Of a stretch of DNA of 64,000 bases, positions 23,733-38,917 are shown in pieces. Source of the DNA: Eledone cirrhosa. Lineage: Eukaryota. The translations under genes and the position numbers were made by a program. Under the pieces are notes generated by a model that was not told the DNA's origin, ran no database searches, and worked only from the letters and a program-made list of their open reading frames with translations. The stretch spans positions 30,380,001-30,444,000 of the forward strand of contig OZ024750.1 of the NCBI GenBank assembly GCA_964016885.1, in the 5' to 3' direction. How positions within the stretch are numbered: the first letter of the stretch is position 1; every line of letters begins with the position of its first letter.

Positions 23733-24926
23733 CTAAGAACATAGATTTTACATGTGGCCGGTGCTCTGGTGCAATAAGTAGCAGCAAGTGCCCACAAAAT
23801 ACTAGCTCCTTCAACTGCGCAGAGGGTTCTATAGAAATAGTGGACAGCTTCCGTTACCTGGGTGACAAAATCAGCAGTGGGGGAGGGTGCTCTGAAAGTA
23901 CAGTAGCTAGAGTCAGAACTGGATGGAAAAAGTTCAGAGAGCTTATACCACTATTAGCCGCTAGAGGGTTCTCCCTAAAAATGAAAGGCAGGTTATACGA
24001 TGCCTGCATACGAACAGCAATGCTGCATGGCAGTGAGACCTGGGCATTGTGTGCAGAGGATATACGCAGACTAGAGAGGAACGAAGCTTGCATGCTCCGC
24101 TGGATGTGCAATAGTAATATACGTGAACGGCAAAGCATAAACGAACTAAGGAAAAAATTAGAAATAAGAGGGATCAGATGTTGTTTACTCGAGAGAAGGC
24201 TACGTTGGTACGGTCACGTGATGCGCATGAAAGACGACAGCTGTATAACAAAGTGCAGGGCAATAAAGATAGACGGTAGCCACGGAGTAGGCAGACCCAG
24301 AAAAACATGGGACGAGCTGATAAATTCCGACCTCACACGCTTACACCTCTCCAAGACAATGTCACTGGACCGAGACCTTTGGCGGTACTCAGTAATAGAG
24401 AAGACCCGCCTTACCTAAATACAAAGTAAAAACCTACTACAGTCAGTAGGCATCTCTATCAAAACACCCCCCCGTCCCACCACCTCCACCCCATCCACAC
24501 CGCCCCTTTCAATGTACAGTTATGTTGGTCCCACAACATCCAGGCCGAAACAAATGAGATCGTGTAGGTGTCACGACAAAAAACACACAGTCCACGCTGT
24601 AAATGTGGCCGTGTAGGCAACACGGTAAAAACCTCCCAGCTCCACACTGTAAATGTGGTTGGTGTTAGGAAGGGCATCCAGCTGTAGAAAACCCGCCAGA
24701 CAGTCCACGCTGTAATGTGGCCGTGTAGGCAACACGGTAAAAACCTCCCAGCCCCACACTGTAAATGTGGTTGGTGTTAGGAAGGGCATCCAACTGTAGA
24801 AAACCCGCCAGACAGTCCTATGCGAGCAAGACAACCACTCTTGCCTCAAGTGGGAAAACCCCCGTCCAAACCCATGCAAGCGTGGAACACGGACGCTAAA
24901 CCTGATGATGATGATGATGATGATGA

Positions 24927-24930
<4 letters not shown>
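23730..24930 (+). mobile_element. RTE LINE family 2, 3' fragment
   Basis: ORF end FRYLGD...RLRWYGHV...GRPRKTW (stop at 24418); 3' UTR with an internal duplication; (GAT)n tail. Confidence 0.92.
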
Positions 24931-24982
<52 letters not shown>

Positions 24983-24983
<1 letters not shown>

Positions 24984-25321
24984 GAGGCACATGGCTTAGT
25001 GGTTAGAGCATTGGCCTTGCAATCGAAAGGTTGTGAGTTCAATTCTCAGATTGAGTGATGTGTTGTTTCCTTGAGCAAGACACTTTATTTCACATTGCTC
25101 CAGTTTACTCAGCTGTAGAAATGAGATGATAGGGACTGGGGTCCCTATCATTCCACTGCAAAGTGGTCGTGGAGGTGCCACAGCAAAAAAGCACCCAGTA
25201 CTCACTGTAAATGAGGTTGGTGTTAGGAAGGGCATCCAGCTGTAGAAATCAAGCCAGAATCAGTTCCCGTCCCACCCTTGCAAGCAGGGAAAAGCGGACC
25301 TAAAATGATGATGATGATGAT
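24983..25321 (+). mobile_element. SINE family A (tRNA head plus RTE-derived tail)
   Basis: A box tggcttagtgg, B-box-like gagttcaattc, tail matching the RTE 3' UTR, (GAT)n end. Confidence 0.92.
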
Positions 25322-26202
25322 ATATATATATATATATATAAGGTAGAGAGAGAAAAGAAGGAGCCGTGTTTAAAGGGGTGGAGGATTCTGTTTGATGAAG
25401 GGAGCAGGGCAGGGCATTTGTTTATACTTCTGTAGGATATGTATCTCTTCATCATCATCATTGTCATCAAAGTCGTTGTCATCACTGTGGGATAAACTGT
25501 AAAATGTGGGATAATCTGTGGGTCTGTGGGATAATCTGGGATTCTGTGAGATAACCTGTGAGTTTGTGGGATAATCCGTGGTTCTGTGGGATAATCTGTA
25601 CTTCTGTGGGATAATCTGTGTCTTTGGGATTTGAACTCATAATCCACAGAGCTGAAACAAATACAGCCAGGCATCATAGCCAACACATCACGGATAAATC
25701 CATTACCCCTTTTAATTCCAAACTGTCTGTATATTTATCTGAAAACCTTCCATTATAATTTTATGCAAGAACCTTTACGTTATGTTCCAAACACCATCTG
25801 AATAATGGTTTCTACTTTAGACACAAGGCCAGTAATTTGGAGAAGCAGACTGTCTCACATTTAAAGATAAAGTCTTTTCTAATATCAATACCAATTCTAT
25901 AAATTTTCCCAATGGTATATTCAGTAATAAAGACACTATAAACATTTAAATTAACAAACCTGGTTTTAGATATTTTATACTAAATCACTATAAGATGTTA
26001 AACATTAATGACCTAAATATCTTGACAAATACTCTTTGCTGTAATTAAGTGGGGTTTTTTTTCATTTCTTTTCTTTCCTTTAGATTCTTTGATGAAATAT
26101 TTGAAACTCAATATGTTTTGTTTGAGGTTTATTTGACTTCCAATTAAACATCAGAAATGATGGATTAACATTTCCGTTACCATACTGAGTACGATTTTCA
26201 CA

Positions 26203-26708
26203 TACAGTGGAACCTCGGTTCGCAAACTTAATTTGTTCCTGAAGACTGTTACCATACAGTGTAGGATTTTGAAATACAGTGGAGTCTCGGTTCACAAACT
26301 TAGTTTGTTCCTGAAGGCTGTTACCATACAGTGTAGGATTTTGAAATACAGTGGAGTCTCGGTTCACAAACTTAGTTTGTTCCTGAAGGCTGTTACCATA
26401 CAGTGTAGGATTTTGAAATACAGTGGAGTCTCGGTTCACAAACTTAGTTTGTTCCTGAAGGCTGTTACCATACAGTGTAGGATTTTGAAATAAAGTGGAG
26501 CCTCGGTTAACAAACTTAGTTTGTTCCTGAAGGCTGTTACCATACAGTGTAGGATTTTGAAATACAGTGGAGCCTCGGTTCACAAACTTAGTTTGTTCCT
26601 GAAGGCTGTTACCATACAGTGTAGGATTTCGAAATAAAGTGGAGCCTCGGTTAACAAACTTAGTTTGTTCCTGAAAGCTGTTACCATACAGTGTAGGATT
26701 TTCAAATA
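26203..26708. repeat. 72-bp tandem array of a MITE terminus
   Basis: Each unit begins tacagtgga(a/g)(c/t)ctcggtt; 24-aa period in the ORF track. Confidence 0.93.
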
Positions 26709-27048
26709 CAGTGGAGCCTCGGTTCATGAAATTAATTCGTTCCTGAAAGCTGATCGTCACCTGAAATGTTCGCAAACCAAAACTATTTTTCCCATATGAA
26801 ATGTTGAGAGAGAAATACAGTGAGAGAGAGTGTGTGTGAAAGATAGATAGATATCACCATAGTAACTAACTATGCAACAAGTGACCCTTTCCTGCCAATA
26901 TTCCCAGCTTGTTGCCAAATGTTGTTGTTGGCTTGCGTGTTCATTACCCGAGACACCGTTTGTGAACCAAAACGTTTTGTATTTGAAAACATTTTTTATG
27001 AACAGATTTGTTCGTGATGAGAGGCTTTCATGAACTGAGGTGCCACTG
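26709..27048. mobile_element. pogo/Tigger-like MITE
   Basis: TIRs cagtggagcctcggttcatgaa / ttcatgaactgaggtgccactg with TA on both sides; partial inverted copy at 28720-28957. Confidence 0.8.
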
Positions 27049-27135
27049 TAATTTTGAAAATAATCAAGAATTTAAAGAGATTTAATAATGTAACTATTTC
27101 TTTTTTATTATTATTAAGCTAGTAAGAAGAGCAGT

Positions 27136-27790
27136 AGATTGGCAGTATCGGTAGAGCGTCGAACACCCTGCTTTGCAACATAGAGTTACGGCCCTTTACA
27201 GCCTGAGTTCAAATCCCGCCGAGATTAGCTTTGCCTTTCATCCTTACAGGGTTGATAAAATAAAGTACCAGTAATGAACTGAGGGCGATTTAATCGACTT
27301 TACCCTCCCCTTCAAATTGCTGGCCTTGTGCCTAAAGTAGAAACAATTATTTAGCTAGTAAGAGGAAATAGGATTGGCAGAACCAGTAGAGCGTCAGACA
27401 ATTTGCTTTACGGCATATAGGTACGTCCTTTTATGTTCTGAGTTCAAAACCTGCCGAGGTTAACTTTGCCTTTCATCTTTATGGGGTCAATAAAATAAAG
27501 TACCAGTAATACACTAGAGTCAATTTAATTGACTTTCCCCTCCCCCAAAAGCTTATAAGAGGACATTGGATTGGCAGTATCAGTATAACATCGGACACCA
27601 TGCTTTATGGCATTGAGTTACAGCCCCTTACATTCTGAGTTCAAATCCCACTCAGGTTAGATTTGCTTTTCATCCTTACGGGATTGATAAAATAAGGTAG
27701 CAGTAATGCACTGGGGTTGATTTAAACAACTTTCCTTTCTCTGCTGCAAAGCATGTTGTCTGATGCTCTACCGATACTGCCAATTCACAA
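27136..27790 (+). mobile_element. Cluster of three older family B SINEs
   Basis: Three successive gattggcag...gagttcaaa...ctttcatc...aaaataaagtaccag blocks. Confidence 0.85.
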
Positions 27791-28222
27791 TGCTGAATAA
27801 AATAAGGGTTTCTGATTTAGACAAAAGAAAGGAATAATGAAGTTATTCATAAGAAGAGTTGAAATTAATGCATACAAGATTTCACAGCTCTAGCATCACT
27901 CCTTCATAGGCTAACTAAGATATTCTCATGGAATGACCAAATGAGGTTTTTTTTCAACATAGTCCCTAAAAAGAAACAACACAGTTATTCATAACAAGAG
28001 TTGAAATTAATGCATGCAAGATTTCACAGCTCTAGCGTCACTCCTTCATAGGCTAACCAAGATACTCTCATGGAATGACCAAATGAGTTTTTTTTTCAAC
28101 ATAGTCCCTAAAAAGAAACAACACAGTTATTCATAACAAGAGTTGAAATTAATGCATGCAAGATTTCACAGCTCTAGTACCATTCCTTCAAAGTCAGCCT
28201 TTGAAATTTTCAGTTGTACATA

Positions 28223-28420
28223 CGAGGGTCAGCTCAAAAGTTCATAGACTGACCAAGATACTCTCATGGAATGACCAAATGAGGTTTATTTTTCAACATA
28301 GTCCCTAGAAAGAAACAATGTAGTTATTCATAAGAAGAATTGAAATGAATGCATGCAAGATTTCATAGCTCTAACATCACTCCTTCATAAACAGCACATG
28401 AACTTTTAAGCCAACCCTCG
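28223..28420. mobile_element. mariner-like MITE; its interior is tandemly repeated upstream (27840-28190)
   Basis: ta|cgagggtcagctcaaaagttcat ... atgaacttttaagccaaccctcg|ta. Confidence 0.75.
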
Positions 28421-30473
28421 TATGGTAATGAAAAGGTTAAGAAACAAACAGATATGAATGATGTAATGAGAAATGGTTTCTGGAAGATTCTTAACAGTAA
28501 TGATGGATTAAATATCTGAGAATCAATAAAGAATCTAGCAGAATATGACTGAAATTTAATACGAGATAATTAATATTTTGTAAATTATTGAAAAAGTATT
28601 TTTCTTCTTTGGTGTCATTGCTGTAGTGTTTAACAGGTTTTCGTTATTAATGTGGGATTATTTTTAAAGTTTGAGAATATTTCACTGCTTTAGTAGAGAT
28701 TAGAATTCTGGATAAAATACAGTGGAACCTCATTTCATGAACATCTCTTATCACAAACAAATCAATTCACAAACAATTTTTTCGAACGTAAAATGTCTTG
28801 GTTTACAAACAGTGTCTCAAGTAATGAACACACAAGCCAGCAACAATGGTTGGCAACAAGCTGGGAATATTAGTGGGAAAGCATCACTTGATGTGTAGTT
28901 AGTTACTATGGTGATATGTATCTCTCTTTCACACACAGTCTCTCTCACTGTATTTCTAATGAATGGGTTAAACATAGGGCTATGTTTAACTTTTCTTTAC
29001 CATATGTCCAATGATGTGTTTAAATTAATTTTGAGTAGAACCAGACATTAGATAAATTTGATAAAATAACTTTTCATTAGTAAGCTGACATAAGAAGAAT
29101 TTCTAAAATAAAATTATGTTGAAAAGTTTTAATTTATAGATAAACCTTTTAAATTGAGTAGATTTGTTTCAGGTGGTTTGGTATCAAATGTGTTAAAGAC
29201 TTCTTCAGATTCCAAATCATCATGAGAAGTAACAGCAGCTTTTGTGAAGTTAAGCTTCTTCTATGTCTTCTTTGGTCTCCCTCTTCTCTTGCACACTACA
29301 GTCTTCTCAGTTCATATACATTCCATCATTTACACTCACTAACATTATGCAACCAATGAAACATGCTCGATTCTTTTCTGTGCATCCTTCACATATTCTC
29401 TGCATTAAATAACTGTTTTACTATCATTCTGTCCAGCTCAATAGCTGTCACCAACAGATAGTATCAGCAATGGAAAGACCAATAGAAATATAGTTTCCTT
29501 GGTACAATCTGACAATCAGCTCCTTTCTCTTGCCAGGATTTATGAATGACAGATAGTATTAGCACTGAAAAGGCCAATGGAAACATTGCTTCCTTGGTCT
29601 GATCTGACAATCAGCTCCTTTCTCATGCCAGGATTTACAACTTATAGTATCCACAATGGAAAGACCAATGGTAATATAGTTTCCTTGGTCTGGTCAGCTG
29701 ATCAGCTCCTTTCTTCTGCCAGGACCTGTGAATGACAGATAGTATCAGCCATGGAAAGACTAATGGAAACATTGTTTCCTTTGTCTGACAATCAGACAGA
29801 GATGACAATCAGCTCTTTTCTTCTACCAGTAGTTGCAACTGACTGAGAGTATGAGTGGTGGAAAGACCAATGGAAATATAGTTTCATTAGTCTAATCTGA
29901 ATATCAGCTGCTTTTTTTAACCAACAGATATTATCAGCAATGGAAATACCAATGAAAACATTATTTCCTTGGCCTGATTGACAAATGGCTGCATTTTTCC
30001 CCTTTTTATCACAACCATGCTACATTACACTTGGTCGATAAGTATAGCCAACCTTTCACTCTGAGAGAGAAACACTGATCCCTATAGATTTAATAACTCC
30101 CTGAATTTTCTCCTTTGTTCCCCCATAGTTTTTACTGTGTCTACTGTGCTATCGACCCACCTTTTCTGTTAATTAGGTCACCCAGGTAATTTAATAAATT
30201 ATAGTTATACATTTAGCTAAAAGTTTTCTTTTCAGTGAAATATCTAAAGCCAAAGAATGAGTCACAAGTTCTCACATAGACACACGCACACATATATACA
30301 CACATATATATAGACACACACCCACATATATACACACACACACACATATATATACACATACATAGACACACACCTACATAAACATAGACACACATAGACA
30401 CACACAGATACATCCCTTTGAAGTAATGTAAGTAAATAGGTTCTTCTTTATGTAAATCAGGAAAAGGTGTGTA

Positions 30474-30967
30474 CCATCATCATCATCATCATCACCATCA
30501 ACACCACCACCATCATGACTATCATCATCATCATCATCAACATCATCATTATTATCATCACCAGTGCAATCATCATTGCCATCACCAACACCACCACCAC
30601 CACCACCACCACCACCACTGCCACCATCATTACTCCACCATCATCACCATCACCAATACCACCACCACCACGAACACCACCACCACCACCACTACTACCA
30701 CCACCACCACCACCACTACTACTACCACCATCATCACCACCACCACCACCACCACCATTATCACCACCACCACCACAGCCACCATCATTACTCCACCATC
30801 ATCACCATCACCAATACCACCACCACCACTACTACCACCACCACCACTACTACTACCACCACCATCACCACCACCACCACCATTATCACCAGCACCACCA
30901 CTGCCACCATCATTACTCCACCATCATCACCATCACCACCACCACCACCACCACCACCACCACCACC

Positions 30968-30999
<32 letters not shown>

Positions 31000-31641
31000 C
31001 AACAACAACATTATCCCACCACCATCATCATCACACTGAGGTAGTTGGTGTTAGAAAGGGCATCCAACCATACCACCCTGGAACATATAAAGCAGACACA
31101 GTTGTCTGACCTGCCTGTCTAGCATCAGGCCATAACAATCTAACACATGTGTGGTGGTGGCGGTGTGTGTGTGTGGGGGAGAGGGGGGTAGTGGTTGTGG
31201 TGGTGGTAGTGGTGGTTGTGGTGGTGATAGTGGTAGTGGTGGCGATGATGGTGGTGATAGTGGTGGTTTAGGTTGTTGTGGTGGTAGTGGTGGTAGTGGT
31301 GGTTGTGGTGGTGGTAGTAGTTGTTGTTGTGGTGGTAGTGGTGGTTGTGATGGTGGTAGTGGTGATAGTGGTGGTGGTAGTGGTGGTAGTGATGGTTGTG
31401 GTGGTGGTAGTGGTGGTGGTTTGGTGGTGGTGCTGCTGGTGGTGGTAGTGGTTGTGATGGTGGTAGTGGTGGTTGTAGTGGTGGTATCGGTGGTTGTGGT
31501 CATAGTGGTGGCGATGATGATGATGGTGATAGTGGTGGGGGGTTTAGGTGGTTGTGGTGGTAATGGCGGTGTTTGTGATGAAGGTGGTGGTTGTGGTGGT
31601 GGTGGTGGTAGTGGTGGTGGTGATGGTGTTGGTGACGAAGG

Positions 31642-31672
<31 letters not shown>
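30474..31672. repeat. (CAC/CAT)n tract and opposing (GTG/GAT)n tract around a ~115-bp spacer
   Basis: Direct reading. Confidence 0.9.
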
Positions 31673-31673
<1 letters not shown>

Positions 31674-32235
31674 GCCCCGAGACACGAAACCTGAAGTCAC
31701 AGACTTTATCTATAGTTTTTTTTGCTTTACTTTTACTTAAAATTTTCTTCTTTAAGGTTAAAAGTGAACACAAGAATTAGTTCATTTCCTTAACACCCTC
31801 TCTCATAGTCAGCTATCAGATTTCTAAAGTAATAACAACTATTTTAGTCAAAATCTCCTTAACAAACTAGACTGGGGTTATTGTTAAATCTAACGGGAAT
31901 TAATAGGATAACTTTATTTTATCATTATTTGGATTGGCAGTATCGGTAGAGGGTCGGACGCCATGCTTTCCAGCATAGTTACGTCCCTTTACGGTCTGAG
32001 TTCAAATCCCGCCGAGGTTAACTTTGCCTTTCATCCTTACGGGGTCGATAAAATAAAGTTATAAATATATTATCATCATCATCATCATCAATGTTTAACA
32101 TCCATTTTCCATGCTAGCATGGGTTAGATAAGCAGTCCTGTTGTGAGACAAGCCAGGTCAGATGACTCATACAGAATTGTTTCTGGCTTGATTTCTATGG
32201 CTAAATGCCCTTCCTAATGACAACCACATTTATCG

Positions 32236-33870
32236 TGTGGACTGGGTGCTTTTTGTCATGACATCAAGATGACCACTTTACAGTGTGGACTGAGTGCTTT
32301 TTGTCATGACATCAAGATGACCACTTTACAGTGTGGACTGAGTGCTTTTTGTCATGACACCAAGATGACCACTTTACAGTGTGGACAGTGCTTTTTGTCA
32401 TGACATCAAGATGACCACTTTACAGTGTGGACTGAGTGCTTTTTGTCATGACATCAAGACGACCACTTTACAGTGTGGACTGAGTGCTTTTTGTCATGAC
32501 ATCAAGATGACCACTTTACAGTGTGGACTGAGTGCTTTTTGTCATGACATCAAGATGACCACTTTACAGTGTGGACTAAGTGCTTTTTGTCATGACATCA
32601 AGATGACCACTTTACAGTGTGGACTGAGTGCTTTTTGTCATGATATCAAGATGACCACTTTACAGTGTGGACTGAGTGCTTTTTGTCATGACATCAAGAT
32701 GACCACTTTACAGTGTGGACTGAGTGCTTTTTGTCATGACACCAAGATGACCACTTTACAGTGTGGACTGAGTGCTTTTTGTCATGACACCAAGATGACC
32801 ACTTTACAGTGTGGACTGAGTGCTTTTTGTCATGACACCAAGATGACCACTTTACAGTGTGGACTGAGTGCTTTTTGTCATGACATCAAGACGACCACTT
32901 TACAGTGTGGACTGAGTGCTTTTTGTCATGACATCAAGATGACCACTTTACAGTGTGGACTGAGTGCTTTTTGTCATGACACCAAGATGACCACTTTACA
33001 GTGTGAACTGAGTGCTTTTTGTCATGACATCAAGATGACCACTTTACAGTGTGGACTGAGTGCTTTTTGTCATGACACCAAGATGACCACTTTACAGTGT
33101 GGACTGAGTGCTTTTTGTCATGACATCAAGATGACCACTTTACAGTGTGGACTGAGTGCTTTTTGTCATGACATCAAGATGACCACTTTACAGTGTGGAC
33201 TGAGTGCTTTTTGTCATGACATCAAGATGACCACTTTACAGTGTGGACTGAGTGCTTTTTGTCATGATACCAAGATGACCACTTTACAGTGTGGACTGAG
33301 TGCTGTTTGTCATGACATCAAGATGACCACTTTACAGTGTGGACTGAGTGCTTTTTGTCATGACACCAAGATGACCACTTTACAGTGTGGACTGAGTGCT
33401 TTTTGTCATGACATCAAGATGACCACTTTACAGTGTGGACTGAGTGCTTTTTGTCATGACATCAAGATGACCACTTTACAGTGTGGACTGAGTGCTTTTT
33501 GTCATGACATCAAGATAACCACTTTACAGTGTGGACTGAGTGCTTTTTGTCAAGATGACCACTTTACAGTGTGGACTGGGTGTTTTTTTATTGTAGCACC
33601 AAAATAACTAATTAACAGATTGGACTTTGTGTCACCAGCTCAACCACTTTACAGTATGAACTGGGACTTTTTGTTGTGTCACCAACATAACCACTTTACA
33701 GTGTGGACTGGTTATTTTTGTCATGTCACCAACAGGACCAATTTACAGAGTGGACTGGGTGCTTTTTGTCATGACATTAACACGGTCACTTTACAGAGTG
33801 GACTGGGTGCTTTTTGTCATTAACACAACCACTTTACAGAGTTGACTGGGTGCATTTTGTCATGACATCA
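32236..33870. repeat. 48-bp minisatellite within a minus-strand RTE/SINE tail
   Basis: Unit tgtggactgagtgctttttgtcatgacatcaagatgaccactttacag; RTE tail at 32075-32235. Confidence 0.96.
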
Positions 33871-33877
33871 AAACACG

Positions 33878-34630
<753 letters not shown>

Positions 34631-34859
34631 CACTAACATGTGAAGAAATAAAACAAGGTGGGGAATGTAAAAAGCAGAACAAGAAAATACGTCAGAAAAG
34701 ATCTGAAATATCACAACATTTCATTTTCTGTTAGTTTACACACCACAGTGATATAGTAATTTGTTTACGGCAGTAGAGTTTAATTTAATTAGTTGTATAT
34801 GGTTTGTTGAAAAGAGAATTAAACTGAAAATTTACTGTAAGGAAATCGTCACAAGATAA

Positions 34860-35545
34860 ATGATAAATTCTAGAAAATTTAGACAGTTGTAGACATGTTC
34901 TTTAACTGTATTGTTACCAAATTGTCTGGAACTGCCTGAAACTGACTGGAACTGTCTGAAACTGCTTAGAACTGCTTGAAACCAACTCTGGTTCTACAAT
35001 ACAAAGCTGTTTATTTTAATTCTTTCATGATAAATTCTAGAAAATTTCTTTAACTTTATTGTTACCAAACTATCTAGAACTTCCTAGAACTGACTGGAAC
35101 TGCTTAGAACTGACTCTAGTTCTATAATACAAAATTGTTTATTGTTCTATAATACAAAGCTCTTTCAAGATAAATTCTATGAAATTTAGACAGTTGTAGA
35201 CGTGTTCTTTAACCCTATAGTTACCAAACTGTCTGGAACTGCTTGGAACTGTCTGGAACTGCTTGGGACTGACTGGAACTGTCTGAAACTGCTTGGAATT
35301 GCCTGAAACCAACTCTGGTTCTACAATACAAAGCTGTTTATTTTAACTCTTTTGTGATAAATTCTAGGAAATTTAGACAGTTCTAAACATATTCTTTAAC
35401 CCCATTATTACTAAACTGTCTAAAACCACTTGAAACTGCCTGGAACTGCCTGAAACTACCTCAAACTTCCTTCAACTGCCTGAAACTGCCTGAAACCAAC
35501 TCTAGTTCTATAATACAAAGTGGTTTATTTTAACTCTTTCATTAC
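34860..35545. repeat. Degenerate higher-order repeat with 11-bp actgcctgga-like subunits
   Basis: gataaattcta...gttaccaaac...(11-mer)n...ttcta(c/t)aatacaaa repeated about 4 times. Confidence 0.75.
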
Positions 35546-35940
35546 CATATTTATAATGAAATATGTTGTATTTGAATCAATTAATGAAGAATTTGGAAGG
35601 ATTTACTAAAATAATTAATTATTTCATTATCATACTGATATTTGTAATATAATTTAACAGAATGTTCTCATGTTAAATTCTGCTGGAAGATTTTAATTTA
35701 AATAGGAATCCATTTAAGTGGGTTCTATTGTTACATAGAAATGAAGCTCGTTTGATCTGGATTGGTATCACAAAGGTTAAAGTGTTTATATTGATCAAAA
35801 ACTCTTCTATCATAATTTTATGGAAGAACATTTGTTAAATTATATTTCAAACACCAGCTTAATAATGAAAAAGTTGGTTAGTTATACCACTAAATCCCTT
35901 CAAATTCTTGATTATTTAAAAAATTATTTTAACATCATAT

Positions 35941-36335
35941 GGGGGCACATGGTTTAGTGGTTAGAGCATTGGCCTTGCAATCGAAAGGTTGTGAGTTCAA
36001 TTCTCAGACCAGGTGATGTGTTGTTTCCTTGAGCAAGACACTTTATTTCCCATTGCTCCAGTTTACTCAGCTGTAAAAATGAGATGATAGGGACTGGGGT
36101 CCCTATCATTCCACTGCAAAGTGGTCATGGAGGTGCCACGGCAAAAAAGCACCCAGCCAACACTGTAAAGTGGACGTGTAGGCGCCATGGAAAAAAAAAG
36201 CACCCATCACTCACTGTAAATGAGGTTGGTGTTAGGAAGGGCATCCAGCTGTAGAAATCAAGCCAGCATCAGTTCCCGTCCCACCCTTGCAAGCAGGGAA
36301 AAGTGGATATAAAATGAAATGATGATGAATGATGA
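35941..36335 (+). mobile_element. SINE family A
   Basis: Matches 24983-25321; carries two 48-bp tail modules like the RTE 3' UTR. Confidence 0.92.
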
Positions 36336-36569
36336 TCATAAGCAGTGTCTTTCATTAGAAATGTGCTAATGAAAGGGTTCAAAGATGTGTATCTTTTCAA
36401 TAGACTTTTAACAAATGCAATAGAAATTAAGCAACCATGCTTTATTGAATGTACAATATAAATGGGAGAAAAGCAGAGCTTGGATGAACTGAGGGAGAAA
36501 CTGGGTTTAAGTCTTTGGTATTTAAACCGGCCATATCTGGCCAGAATTCTGTCACCACTTTCTGTTTAA

Positions 36570-36789
36570 CCCTTTAGTATTCACATTACTCTATATATAC
36601 TATTATATTTTCATCGTAAAGGCTTTACCTCGCATAATTATCTCACATAATATCGAATCTATGAGATTTTGATATTATTTATTTTGAGAACAATACCTTA
36701 ACATCAGTATGAGTGACCAGTTACAGCCAGTTTCAACAGAGAAAGGTAGAGAATTCTGGCCAGTTTTGGCCGGTTTGAACATTAAAGGG
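36570..36789. mobile_element. piggyBac-like MITE
   Basis: ttaa|ccctttagt...attaaaggg|ttaa. Confidence 0.75.
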
Positions 36790-36905
36790 TTAAGCCTTTA
36801 GTATTTAAGCCGGCCATATCTAGCCAGAATTCTCTCACCTCTTTCTGTTTAAACCAGTTGTAATTAGCTGCTCATACTTATGTTAAGGTATTTTTCTCAA
36901 AATAA

Positions 36906-37097
36906 ATAATTGTTTCTACTTTTGGCACAAGGCCAGCAATTATCCCACTGCATTACTGGTACTTTATTTTATCGACCCCGTAAGGATGAAAGGCAAAGTT
37001 AACCTCGGCGGGATTTGAACTCAGATCATAAAGGGACGTAACTCTATGCTTCAAAAAAAGGCGTCCGACCCTTACCGATACTGCCAATCCACCGCCC
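36906..37097 (-). mobile_element. SINE family B inserted in a second copy of the TTAA MITE
   Basis: ctcaaaataaataat duplicated on both sides. Confidence 0.88.
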
Positions 37098-37184
37098 TCA
37101 AAATAAATAATATCAAGATCTCATAGCTTCGATATATAATAAAGAGTTTACTGTGAAAATATAATAGTATATATATATATATTA

Positions 37185-37495
37185 TGTTGGTGCCATGTAA
37201 AGTTATGTTGGTGCCACAACATCCAGGCTGAAACAAATGAGATCGTGTAGGTGTCATGACAAAAAACACACAGTCCACGCTGTAATGTGGCCGTGTAGGC
37301 AACACGGTAAAAACCTCCCAGTCCCACACTGTAAATGTGGTTGGTGTTAGGAAGGGCATCCAGCTGTAGAAAACCCGCCAGACAGTCCTATGCGAGCAAG
37401 ACAACCACTCTTGCCTCAAGTGGGAAAACTCCCGTCCAAACCCATGCAAGCATGGAACATGGACATTAAACGATGATGATGATGATGATGATGAT
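37185..37495 (+). mobile_element. RTE family 2, 3' UTR only
   Basis: Near identical to the 3' UTR within 24520-24930. Confidence 0.9.
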
Positions 37496-38099
37496 ATATA
37501 TATATATATATTTTTTTTTTTTATGACCATGCTGTAAAATGGAGGGGTAGAGAGGGCCCTTGAGTCTAGTAAGACATCCTCTCTAGTGCTGGTGGCACAA
37601 ATAAAAGCACCCAGTCCATGCTGTAAAGTGGCGCTGGTGTTAGGAAGGGCATCCAACCAGTGTATCAATGCCAAAACGCTTATCAGCACAGCAACAAATA
37701 GGAACAATATAGAGTAATGTGAATGGTAAAGGGTTAAGAAGAATCCATGGTGATGTGCAAGAGAAAAGACAGCCGTGGTACTGACATGTGATGCAAATGG
37801 ATGATGAACGCTGGGTGAAGAAGTGCTAGGCACTGCCGCCGGAGTGGAGGGAAGTGACATGAGAGGTAGACCAAAGATAGACATGGCAGGGTTGGACAGA
37901 TCTGATCTCCTCAAATGGTTGAGACTGACATAGGAGATGAGGAAGGAGCACGGTAAGGGGAGATAGGCTGAGCTAGGATAGGAGAGCATCAGAAAAACAA
38001 AAATGAACATAATAGAAGCGATGACGATGACAGTGATGATGGTGATGGTGGTGGTGGTGGTGGTGGTGGTGGTGGTGATGATGATGGTGGTGGTGGTGG

Positions 38100-38146
<47 letters not shown>

Positions 38147-38238
38147 CTGTTGCTGCTGCTGCTGCTGATGATGATGATGAGGGGGAGGAGGAGGAGAATT
38201 AATAAAGAGTTCTTGTTAAAACCCTTCACAGTGGGTTG

Positions 38239-38280
<42 letters not shown>

Positions 38281-38917
38281 GTAACTGAGACAGTGTTACA
38301 CACACACACATACACACATATATATAAAGATCTGGTTTTAACTGAAAGAGAATTTTCTGCTGTACACAAGATAAAATTTGAAGACATTTCCCTGCCTGAA
38401 GCAGTATTTCTGTAAAGAATGGTACTTGTCAGAATTTGATGAAAATGGAATAAACACTAATGTGTCTTGTGTTAACTGTTTCCTCACCACAATCTATGAA
38501 AGATTTAGTTAAATAGTTAAACCATGCTGAGGTTATTAATAATAATCTTGCTGACATTGGTACCTATCACAATAGAAAGTGAAATATTGCCGAAACTGGA
38601 AAAGAAAATATGTTTTTATTATTATTATCATTTGAAAAGGAAAATCAGGGTAGAGAGGGAAGTGCTCTCTTGCCAGCATTTTGTTGAAAGATGGGTGAGA
38701 GAAGTAAGTATGGCCCGAGTGAATGGGCCTACTCTGAGTATGTGTCTGTAAATTAAAGGTGGAAAACTGGGAGAGGGCACTTGCCCTGGTGGTCAGAGTC
38801 ACTGTGGCCTTTTAATGGGCTTTCTCCATAAATGTCCCTCGGAAGTCTCCCCCCCTATTGGGGAATTTTTCATTGTTATTTTTTGTTACATCCTGTTTTT
38901 GTTTTTTTTACACGCAG

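Noticed and set aside
24983-25055. tRNA gene
   Set aside because: It is a SINE head that continues into the SINE body and lacks a proper acceptor stem
32236-33580. CRISPR-like appearance of the 34-48-bp arrays
   Set aside because: No unique spacers, no cas genes, eukaryotic context
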